Virus record (IMG/VR): IMGVR_UViG_3300049042_000232
Location: 1-25,254 of that record
Length of the DNA: 25,254 nt
Reading direction: 5' to 3' (one strand)
DNA from: a virus
Taxonomy: Duplodnaviria > Caudoviricetes
Shown here: in pieces, positions 18,893-25,254 of the stretch
How positions within the stretch are numbered: position 1 is the stretch's first letter
How the letters are laid out: each line of letters opens with the position of its first letter
Made by a program: the position numbers and the translations under genes
The notes under the pieces: generated by a model
The model's database searches: none
Told to the model about the DNA's origin: nothing
Seen by the model: the letters and a program-made list of their open reading frames with translations, nothing else

Positions 18893-19726
18893 AGCATCCC
18901 CAAAGTCCAACAACTTCTGCGCGAGCCGCTTCCGAGCGATCTCGCAATACGATTCATTCACGTCGATCCCGATGAACCGACGGCCCATCAACCGAGCCAT
19001 CTTCGTTGTCGTCCCGCTCCCGTTGAACGGGTCCAACACGATGTCGCCTTCGTTGCTCCAACTCAAAATGTGGTCACGGGCCAACGCTTCGGGAAACGGG
19101 GCCGGATGGTCGCCGTTGTCATTGTCGTTGCGTGCCGAATCGCATACCCAAACATTCCACCGTTTCCCGTCCAACTGAATCGTCTTGTCGGACCTCCGCG
19201 TTATCTCGTCATTCGGTTCCCGAACAGTCACCGACGTTGTTCTGCCAGCGCTTGTGTTCCTGCGATCCATCAATGCGTTGAACGTCTCCACCTTTCCATT
19301 CGCCAGCACGAAGCAGTATTCAAAGACGTCGTGATACCGGTTCGGGAATGGCATCGAAAACGTCGTCTTCTGGAAAATCATCGTGTCATGCAACCGAAAC
19401 CCGATCTCCATGAACCGCAACGCCTGCCGGAAACTGGTTCCCGTCTCGCTGCCATTCACCGTCGCATCGGCCACAACCCACACTACAACGCCACCCGGCT
19501 TGATGACTCGCCACAACTGCTGTGCGACGCCCTCGAAGTCCCACGAATGCCCGCCGTAAACTCTGAGGGAATCGTATGGCGGCGACGTGACCACCAAGTC
19601 GATTGACGCATCAGGGAAGCCTTGCATCGTTGCCACGTTGTCACCGCAGACGATCGAATCCAAAGGCAAAGGCTGGCTAACAATGGGTTCAACCGGAGTT
19701 GCGGTCATGCCGTTTTCTGCTTTCAT
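18887..19726 (-). CDS. Cassette 6: beta-class DNA methyltransferase (SPPY, likely N4-cytosine)
   Basis: DLVVTSPPYD, HPAPFP, VLDPFNGSGTT; start inside attC6, stop in the GTTA core. Confidence 0.92.
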   Translation of the reverse strand: MKAENGMTATPVEPIVSQPLPLDSIVCGDNVATMQGFPDASIDLVVTSPPYDSLRVYGGHSWDFEGVAQQLWRVIKPGGVVVWVVADATVNGSETGTSFRQALRFMEIGFRLHDTMIFQKTTFSMPFPNRYHDVFEYCFVLANGKVETFNALMDRRNTSAGRTTSVTVREPNDEITRRSDKTIQLDGKRWNVWVCDSARNDNDNGDHPAPFPEALARDHILSWSNEGDIVLDPFNGSGTTTKMARLMGRRFIGIDVNESYCEIARKRLAQKLLDFGDAG

Positions 19727-19765
19727 AGTCTTTCGTCCGCAACCCGGTTAACCCAAGCGTTAGTT
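19675..19765 (+). repeat. attC site 6 (91 bp), near-identical to attC1
   Basis: 19675..19761 matches 17312..17398 at 86 of 87 nt. Confidence 0.92.
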
Positions 19766-19775
19766 TGACAGCCAA

Positions 19776-19961
19776 TCAAACATTGATTTTCTGACTCTGA
19801 TACCAACGCAGCCACCGCTCGTCATCCTCTTCGGTTGTCTGCCCAACGTCGAATTCTTTTTTCAACCTATCCCACGCGCAGCACTCTCCGATGCCGATTC
19901 CGTGATGAATCACGTATTTACGCATCAGAATCAGCTCTGCTTTGACCTGATCTCTGTCCAC
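19776..19961 (-). CDS. Cassette 7: small hypothetical protein (paralogue of cassette 4)
   Basis: GTG 19961 after GAGGGTG; aligns without gaps to the cassette 4 product. Confidence 0.85.
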   Translation of the reverse strand: MDRDQVKAELILMRKYVIHHGIGIGECCAWDRLKKEFDVGQTTEEDDERWLRWYQSQKINV

Positions 19962-19976
19962 GTCTTCACCCTCGCA

Positions 19977-20066
19977 AACTAACAAAGCATTCCACCGGAG
20001 TGCCGCACCATCCGTTTTCAGAAATCCACACCGGGCTGCGGCACCCGGTGAATGCCGTCGTTATTT
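19977..20066 (+). repeat. attC site 7 (90 bp)
   Basis: AACTAAC-AAAGC-ATTCCACC...GGTGAAT-GCCGTC-GTTATTT. Confidence 0.9.
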
Positions 20067-20327
20067 GCTCAGAAATTTAAACGGCTCGAAGTCATCAAGA
20101 TCGAACCATATGTTCGGCAAAAACTCGTCACTCGTGTTGTTCCAGCAGTCATCACAGATCGTTTTACCGTCCCACATTTTCAGCGTCGCTGCAGGATGGC
20201 ACGTTGGCGCGTCACCTTCGGCACAATAATCACACGCGAATAGTGCGTGCTTCCGTAGCCATTCCTCGGAACCGCAAATAACAAGGCGATCAACCGGAGC
20301 GGTATCCTCTCGTTTTTGGTTTTCCAT
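20061..20327 (-). CDS. Cassette 8: small Cys/His zinc-binding protein
   Basis: CDYC...CH...CDDC; GGAG RBS and ATG inside attC8; stop in the GTTA core. Confidence 0.8.
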   Translation of the reverse strand: MENQKREDTAPVDRLVICGSEEWLRKHALFACDYCAEGDAPTCHPAATLKMWDGKTICDDCWNNTSDEFLPNIWFDLDDFEPFKFLSK

Positions 20328-20364
20328 GTTTTACTCCCCGCCCGGTTATCGCCGGGCGTTCACC
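20276..20364 (+). repeat. attC site 8 (89 bp)
   Basis: AAATAAC-AAGGC-GATCAACC...GGTTATC-GCCGGGC-GTTCACC (7 bp L'-R' spacer). Confidence 0.85.
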
Positions 20365-20367
20365 ACA

Positions 20368-20670
20368 TCAGAAATTGACACGCTGCCACGGCTCCGCACA
20401 CTCATCAGTAGGGTCACCACGAAACACCCACAATTGAGGCGGTTCGCTGTTATCGAAAGCCAAAAAGAATCCGGACTTATCCAGCATGATCTGTTGCCTC
20501 ACCACCTGCTGAACATCACGCATCATCTGTGGGTCTGTATCCGGATCTCGAAGTATGTTGCTCCAATCAATCCCGTAACTGTCCACCATCCGCAATCGCC
20601 TGACAGCGCCGGCAAGTGGTGAACAAGGCGATGCACAGGAGCCTTCGCTGCCCTCGTTTTTGACTTCCAT
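20368..20670 (-). CDS. Cassette 9: hypothetical protein
   Basis: GAGGAG RBS and ATG inside attC9. Confidence 0.75.
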   Translation of the reverse strand: MEVKNEGSEGSCASPCSPLAGAVRRLRMVDSYGIDWSNILRDPDTDPQMMRDVQQVVRQQIMLDKSGFFLAFDNSEPPQLWVFRGDPTDECAEPWQRVNF

Positions 20671-20708
20671 TTTTTACTCCTCAGGCCCTGTGATCTTGGT
20701 CGTTATGC
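20618..20708 (+). repeat. attC site 9 (91 bp)
   Basis: GGTGAAC-AAGGC-GATGCACA...TGTGATC-TTGGTC-GTTATGC. Confidence 0.85.
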
Positions 20709-20731
20709 CTGATGCCTTGTATTCCATCGCT

Positions 20732-20878
20732 TCAAAAGCTTTGCCTCTGCCTCTTCACGGTCTTGAGAATGCAGTCAGTGCGGACGTAAATCGTCTGCAA
20801 AATGCGGCGACGATTTCCGGATTCGTAGCAGTCGACTCGCCAGATGTTGCCGGTGGCGGCGAGCAGTGGTGATGGCAT
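20732..20878 (-). CDS. Small non-cassette leader gene of the leftward operon (48 aa)
   Basis: GGAG RBS before ATG 20878; lies between the leftward promoter and attC9. Confidence 0.5.
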   Translation of the reverse strand: MPSPLLAATGNIWRVDCYESGNRRRILQTIYVRTDCILKTVKRQRQSF

Positions 20879-20911
20879 GAAAAAACTCCGATGAGGGGGA
20901 TGTGATCGCAT

Positions 20912-20940
20912 CTTTTTACAGAATTGTAAACTGTTGTCAA
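20912..20940 (-). promoter_or_regulatory. Leftward promoter with overlapping palindromic operator
   Basis: Minus strand TTGACA-ACAG-TTTACA-ATTC-TGTAAA; perfect -35, weak -10. Confidence 0.65.
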
Positions 20941-20983
20941 TTGTGTTTGTTGATTTTTGTTTTCTGTGCTGTAAGCTTTTATC

Positions 20984-21178
20984 ATGACGACACCATTTTT
21001 TTATACAGCAAAATCTGCTGCTCACGTTCTCGGCTGCACTGACGCCCGTGTGCGTCAGATTTTAATCGCTGCAGAAGGGTCGATCGGTCGCAAGGCTCTC
21101 GGTGGTTCTGCGTGGATTTTGAATTCTGCAGATCTTCAGCGAGTGAAAAAACTTCTCCGAAAATCAAAAAAACAATAA
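20984..21178 (+). CDS. Small winged-HTH DNA-binding protein (Xis/MerR-like)
   Basis: YTAKSAAHVLGCTDARVRQIL...GRKALGGSAWIL pattern; basic C-terminus. Confidence 0.75.
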   Translation: MTTPFFYTAKSAAHVLGCTDARVRQILIAAEGSIGRKALGGSAWILNSADLQRVKKLLRKSKKQ

Positions 21179-21186
21179 ACCGGATG

Positions 21187-21215
21187 TTGACAGTTTTTTA
21201 CAGTGTTGTAAATAT
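21187..21215 (+). promoter_or_regulatory. Rightward promoter with overlapping palindromic operator
   Basis: TTGACA-GTTT-TTTACA-GTGT-TGTAAATAT; same architecture as the leftward site. Confidence 0.7.
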
Positions 21216-21255
21216 CTGTTTAAGTGTTTTTGTTTCGGTAACGTGGAGAAAAACA

Positions 21256-21387
21256 ATGAGCTTACTCTTTCGTCTCTTTCGAGACGCTTGGCGCTGCGGT
21301 GCATGCGGTGCCGTCAATCCGCAGTCCTTTGGTCCTGCGAGCGTTTGCGTTTGCGGATGCTACCTTCGAAACGGAGGTGCAAAATGA
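21256..21387 (+). CDS. Tiny zinc-ribbon protein (43 aa)
   Basis: GGAG RBS; WRCGACGAVN...CVCG. Confidence 0.6.
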   Translation: MSLLFRLFRDAWRCGACGAVNPQSFGPASVCVCGCYLRNGGAK

Positions 21388-21479
21388 TGAGTGAACTTCT
21401 CCCAATCGCCTGTTCGGTCTTGGCTGGCATTCTGGTCTGGAACATCACCGCCACGAATCTTAGCGATCGCAACTGGTAA
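21384..21479 (+). CDS. Tiny single-TM peptide (31 aa)
   Basis: GGAGGT RBS, ATGA coupling, hydrophobic LLPIACSVLAGILVW. Confidence 0.55.
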   Translation: MMSELLPIACSVLAGILVWNITATNLSDRNW

Positions 21480-21493
21480 CCCAATCACCACCC

Positions 21494-21734
21494 GCCAGGG
21501 ATCACCTGTGTTGAGGGGACAGCGCCACTGGTTCTGTCGGTGATTCCTGGCTTTTTGACCGGTATGTCTCCGGGATCAGCTCCGGTCGGTCAATTTGCGG
21601 TTGAGCGGTGAAACGCTCGGGCAAGTCTCAGGATGAGGGCCGCAACTCGAACAATTGATATCGCCAGTGTGTTGCTGGTGGTAACTCCCGGAAACCGTGT
21701 GCGATTCGTGCGGAGTCAAAACCACGGTTCCGGG
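21494..21734 (+). ncRNA. Candidate structured RNA (five consecutive stem-loops)
   Basis: Intergenic gap with stems at 21494-21551, 21555-21593, 21595-21645, 21663-21679 and 21687-21734. Confidence 0.4.
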
Positions 21735-21754
21735 TTTCTACGACAGGGAATGCC

Positions 21755-22027
21755 ATGCCAAAAGCAAAGGGAATTCACACAGACGAGGTGTTGCGTCGTC
21801 TGCGTTCCGGTGAACGGTGCTATCAGCGGATTCTGAGGCACGTCAAGTTCACTTCGGCTTACTGGTCTAAAGACCTGCTCTGGAAATTCGAAGACGGAAC
21901 GACCGTCACCAGATCCGCAGTCAAGTATCTGCGAACCAGAGGTCAGATCGCCATCGCGGAAGAACCGTCGTTTCGTGTTCTCAAACCAATCAACAAGGAG
22001 TGTTGCTGTGCTGGTACTGACTCGTAA
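21755..22027 (+). CDS. Small basic hypothetical protein
   Basis: AGGGA RBS, 90 aa, overlaps the next gene's start. Confidence 0.55.
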   Translation: MPKAKGIHTDEVLRRLRSGERCYQRILRHVKFTSAYWSKDLLWKFEDGTTVTRSAVKYLRTRGQIAIAEEPSFRVLKPINKECCCAGTDS

Positions 22028-22184
22028 AGAGGGTGAAGGGATTCGGATTGATGGCGGGATTTTGATTTCGATTTTGGAGATCAAAAAAGAATCGATCGTG
22101 ATCGGAATCGATGCGCCACGGGAACTGAAGGTTTTGCGGAGCGAAGTGCGGGATCACAGGGAAGGCAGGTCTGATCGTGCGTAA
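22008..22184 (+). CDS. csrA: Carbon storage regulator CsrA/RsmA homologue
   Basis: AAGGAG RBS plus GTG; MLVLTRKEGEGIRID...IVIGIDAPRELKVLRSEV matches the CsrA pattern. Confidence 0.88.
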   Translation: MLVLTRKEGEGIRIDGGILISILEIKKESIVIGIDAPRELKVLRSEVRDHREGRSDRA

Positions 22185-22611
22185 GTGGGAATTCTTCATT
22201 GCTGGAACACCAGTTGCGCAGCCACGGTCGCGAGCCACTTTTAATCGTGGTCAGGCTCGGATGTACACACCAGACAACGGAATCGTGAAATGGAAAAGAT
22301 CGATTCAGTTTTGTGCTCGGCTGTATTGGCACGGTAAACCGAACAGCAACGCGTTTTGCGTTGATCTCGAATTCGTGTTTCCTCGACCGAAATCGATCAC
22401 ATGGAAAACACGGCCGATGCCGTCAATCAGGCACATCAAAAAACCTGACAGAGACAATCTTGATAAAGCGGTTCTGGACGCACTGACAGGAATCTTCTGG
22501 ATAGATGACTGTCAGGTCTGCGACGGCCGAATCAGAAAGCGAATTGCAAGCGGTGATGAAAGTGAAGGGGTGTTCGTTTCAGTTTCAGTTCTAGAGGAGA
22601 GTGTCGAGTGA
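22177..22611 (+). CDS. rusA: RusA-family Holliday junction resolvase
   Basis: PVAQPRSR, KPDRDNLDKAVLDAL, WIDDCQV. Confidence 0.92.
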   Translation: MRKWEFFIAGTPVAQPRSRATFNRGQARMYTPDNGIVKWKRSIQFCARLYWHGKPNSNAFCVDLEFVFPRPKSITWKTRPMPSIRHIKKPDRDNLDKAVLDALTGIFWIDDCQVCDGRIRKRIASGDESEGVFVSVSVLEESVE

Positions 22612-23393
22612 AGATCATTTCGGGGAAGAAACCAAAACCACGGAGAACGCTGCTTTACGGCGTTCATGGAATCGGGAAAAGCACATGGGCCGCACAGGCT
22701 CCGAATTGCCTGATTCTGAATCTTGAAGACGGGCTGGATGACATCGATTGTCAAAGGACGGAGCACGTAAAAACGTTGCAGCCAGACGCGACTGTTGAGG
22801 GGCCAGCTGTCAATGATGTGCTGATTGATTTGGCAAACGAGAAGCACGACTTTAAGACGCTGGCAGTCGATTCGATCGATTGGCTGGAAGGTTTGATTCA
22901 TGCTCAGGTGGCACGCGATGCCGGCAAGGACTCAATTGCTGACATCGGGTTCGGCAAGGGTTACGAAGCAGCTCTGAAATACTGGGACGACCTTGTTTTC
23001 AAGCTCGACTGGCTTCGCAAAGAAAAAGGTATGCAGATCATTCTGCTGGCTCACTCTGCGATCGTGAAGCACTCAGACCCGGAGGTCGATTCGTACGACC
23101 GATACCAGCCTGCTCTGCACAAGTCGGCATCCGCCATGCTTCAGGAATGGTGTGACGAAGTGCTGTTCGCGTCGTATCGCGTTTTTGTCCGAAAAGAGGA
23201 TCTCGGATTCTCGAAAGAGCGGAACATCGCGGTGAGCAATTCTGAGAGATACATCCGGACGCAGGAAACAGCGGCATGCCTGGCGAAAAACCGGCTGCAT
23301 GACATGCCAGCCGAAATCCCGTTCTCGTGGGCTGACTACGCGAAGTATTTCCCGAAAAGTGAAGAAGTAACCTCAACAAAGAAAGCAGGGTGA
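22608..23393 (+). CDS. AAA_24/Sak4-like ATPase (ssDNA annealing)
   Basis: LLYGVHGIGKST, TLAVDSIDWLE, IILLAHS, AKNR; followed by a DUF669-like gene. Confidence 0.88.
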   Translation: MKIISGKKPKPRRTLLYGVHGIGKSTWAAQAPNCLILNLEDGLDDIDCQRTEHVKTLQPDATVEGPAVNDVLIDLANEKHDFKTLAVDSIDWLEGLIHAQVARDAGKDSIADIGFGKGYEAALKYWDDLVFKLDWLRKEKGMQIILLAHSAIVKHSDPEVDSYDRYQPALHKSASAMLQEWCDEVLFASYRVFVRKEDLGFSKERNIAVSNSERYIRTQETAACLAKNRLHDMPAEIPFSWADYAKYFPKSEEVTSTKKAG

Positions 23394-23893
23394 ACACAGT
23401 GGCGAGTCTTACAGATCTTGATCTCAAAAACACACAGGCAGGCGGATCGTTTGAACCGATTCCGGCCGGAGAGTATCCGGCGATTGTTGTGCATTCGGAG
23501 AAGAAGCCAACGAAGGACGGAACCGGCGCACGCCTGGAACTGAAGTTCCAGATTCTCAGTGGACCGTTCCAAAATCGAACGCTGTTTGATGGGCTCAACA
23601 TCATCAACAAGTCAGCGCAGGCACAGCAGATCGGACGCGGACAATTGAAAGCGTTGTGCATCGCTTGCGGTGTTCCAGATCCGCAGAACTCAGAGGAACT
23701 GCACAACCGGCCGCTCAATATTCGCGTAGCGATCGGCAAGGACCAGAACGGGAACCCGCGAAACGAAATCAAGGGTTACAAGTCCCGCTCTGAATCCAAC
23801 AATCAGCAGGCCATGAACATGATGCAGGATGCATTCACGCCACAGCCTGCAGCTGCAAACAGCGGTCCTGTGAACCCGTTTAAACGAGGGTAA
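23390..23893 (+). CDS. DUF669-like ssDNA-binding protein
   Basis: FEPIPAGEYPAIV, KPTKDGTG, RNEIKGY, flexible tail ending NPFKRG. Confidence 0.85.
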   Translation: MNTVASLTDLDLKNTQAGGSFEPIPAGEYPAIVVHSEKKPTKDGTGARLELKFQILSGPFQNRTLFDGLNIINKSAQAQQIGRGQLKALCIACGVPDPQNSEELHNRPLNIRVAIGKDQNGNPRNEIKGYKSRSESNNQQAMNMMQDAFTPQPAAANSGPVNPFKRG

Positions 23894-23938
23894 GAAACTC
23901 CACGACGTCCGCAGCGGTGTAGCTGCGGATTCCGAGTG

Positions 23939-23977
23939 GCTCGGCAGTGTACTAGCTCGCACTGCCGGGCTCTTTTT
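23939..23977 (+). terminator. Probable intrinsic terminator
   Basis: GCTCGGCAGTG...CACTGCCGGGC then TCTTTTT; a second hairpin lies at 23908-23929. Confidence 0.6.
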
Positions 23978-23990
23978 ATCGCCTGAATGG

Positions 23991-24482
23991 ATGCACGCAA
24001 TGCTTGAAAGACAGTGGCCGAACTACATCGACGATCCGGAAACGTGGTCAGACCGTGCGTCGCAGGATCCGTTCTGGGTGGCTGATTGCTTGTCCAGAAT
24101 CGGCAGATTTGGAGGCCAGCACAAACGGGCCAGTGTTCTGAGTCACTCGCTGAATGTCTTCGAGCGGTTATCAGACGAGCCGGTTCAGGTGCAACTTTGG
24201 GGGCTTTATCACGATGCCCATGAGATCCTGACCGGTGACATTCCTCGCAAGTTTAAGACGACTGATGCAATCAGATACCAGCAATACTGCGACGCACTGC
24301 TGCAGGAAAAGCTCGGAATTCTGGTCACTGAAAAGATCGTCGAACTTATCGACATTCAGACTGGTGACGCAGAGCACGAATACTGGAACGGCTATCACGC
24401 AGCATGGTCGCATCGTCCAGTGGAATTACAGATTGACGCTTTTGTCTCACGTTCAAACCTACTCATAGGATTTCTGAAATGA
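23991..24482 (+). CDS. HD-domain phosphohydrolase (YfbR-like)
   Basis: LSRIGRFGG, SVLSHS, LYHDAHE..TGDIP. Confidence 0.8.
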   Translation: MHAMLERQWPNYIDDPETWSDRASQDPFWVADCLSRIGRFGGQHKRASVLSHSLNVFERLSDEPVQVQLWGLYHDAHEILTGDIPRKFKTTDAIRYQQYCDALLQEKLGILVTEKIVELIDIQTGDAEHEYWNGYHAAWSHRPVELQIDAFVSRSNLLIGFLK

Positions 24483-25254
24483 TGATTGAAGAAATTTCAC
24501 CCATCGACACGCTCATCACGACCACGCTGGCAGAGTTTCGACCTGACGAACAGGCTATTGCCAGCATTCGTGAACTCCGTCATTTGAAGGTCTCAACTGT
24601 TGGAATCAAAGCCGTCACAGAGGCTCGCAAATCTGCAAAAAAACTGCGGATTGCGATTAATAAACGGAGCAAAGAATTGAACGAATATCCTCTTAAATAC
24701 CAGCGAGCCATTAACGCTGAAGCCAAACGACTGATCAGCGAAATCGAACAGATTGAAGGCATGCTGTCGGCAGAGGAAGACAACTACGAAGCCGAACGCC
24801 TGAAGGAAAAGCAAGCCAAGGAAGCGGAGAAACGGGAACGCCTGCAGACTCGTCTGAATCGGCTGGCTGCTGTGGGGGTCAGTGGTGTCGACTTGAACGC
24901 TCTCGATGTCATGGATGATGGCTTTTTCGAAGCGTTGCTGGCATCGGAGACCGTCAAGGCAGAGCAGCGAAAAGCCGAAGAGGAGCAACTCCGGAAAGAC
25001 CGCGAAGAACTGCAACGGTTGCGAGCAGAGAACGAGCAACGCGAAATCGAAGCACGTGAAGCAGAACGCAAAGCCGTCGAACAGGCACGAGCAGAACAGT
25101 TGAAACCGGAGATCGAAAAGGCGGAAGCCTTCGGTGAAGCGTTGCTGACCGATGCACGCGACGAACTGAACCGAATCGGCAGTCCGTTCTGGTCAGAGAC
25201 CGCGATTCTGGAGATTCAGGCGGCTGTGTCAGAGATCGTCAAGGCAGTGAGGAA
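24479..25254 (+). CDS. Coiled-coil phage protein, truncated by the window end
   Basis: ATGA-coupled ORF MMIEEISPIDTL...ARKSAKKLRIAINKRSKELNE..., E/K/R/A-rich; absent from the ORF track because no stop is reached. Confidence 0.75.
   Translation, partial: MMIEEISPIDTLITTTLAEFRPDEQAIASIRELRHLKVSTVGIKAVTEARKSAKKLRIAINKRSKELNEYPLKYQRAINAEAKRLISEIEQIEGMLSAEEDNYEAERLKEKQAKEAEKRERLQTRLNRLAAVGVSGVDLNALDVMDDGFFEALLASETVKAEQRKAEEEQLRKDREELQRLRAENEQREIEAREAERKAVEQARAEQLKPEIEKAEAFGEALLTDARDELNRIGSPFWSETAILEIQAAVSEIVKAVR

Larger units (their letters stand above)
16667..20708 (+). mobile_element. Integron-like array of nine cassettes, all ORFs inverted, no integrase in window
   Basis: Nine 89-132 bp imperfect palindromes with AAC...GTT ends, R''-5-L'' / L'-6-R' spacing (7 in attC8) and extrahelical bases, each separating single ORFs. 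Confidence 0.9.

Noticed and set aside
16668-19726. Restriction-modification system
   Set aside because: No endonuclease-like ORF accompanies either methyltransferase.
17312-20708. CRISPR array or REP/terminator interpretation of the repeats
   Set aside because: Repeats are ~90 bp, divergent, separated by whole genes, lack U tracts and have attC box spacing; no cas genes in the window.
16548-20872. Plus-strand ORFs as the true, canonical-orientation cassette genes
   Set aside because: They cross attC boundaries or lack RBS and motifs; the minus-strand ORFs fill each cassette and carry clear motifs.
21660-21740. tRNA gene
   Set aside because: A T-loop-like GTGCGATTC is present, but I could not build a cloverleaf with acceptor stem and anticodon arm.
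1-25254. Firm host assignment (Planctomycetota suspected from the style of CsrA and gene content)
   Set aside because: Impression only; needs homology or spacer matching.

Overview
A 25-kb piece of a lambda-like tailed phage or prophage. Bases 1-16.5 kb (+ strand) hold a virion morphogenesis block: terminase, head completion, portal with a long C-terminal extension, protease-scaffold-capsid fusion, neck, tail tube, a -1 frameshifted chaperone pair, a short tape measure and tail-tip/adhesin candidates. Bases 21-25.3 kb (+ strand) hold early genes: HTH regulator, structured RNA region, CsrA homologue, RusA, Sak4-like ATPase, DUF669 SSB-like protein and an HD hydrolase. The standout is 16.65-20.71 kb: an integron-like array of nine gene cassettes bounded by nine attC-type sites and one attI-like site, with no integrase in the window. 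Every cassette ORF is inverted relative to the usual integron polarity. Five ORFs start inside their own attC hairpin and four stop on the TAA of the GTTA core site. The array appears to be read from a phage promoter at its distal end. All family calls come from motif recognition and synteny; no database searches were run.
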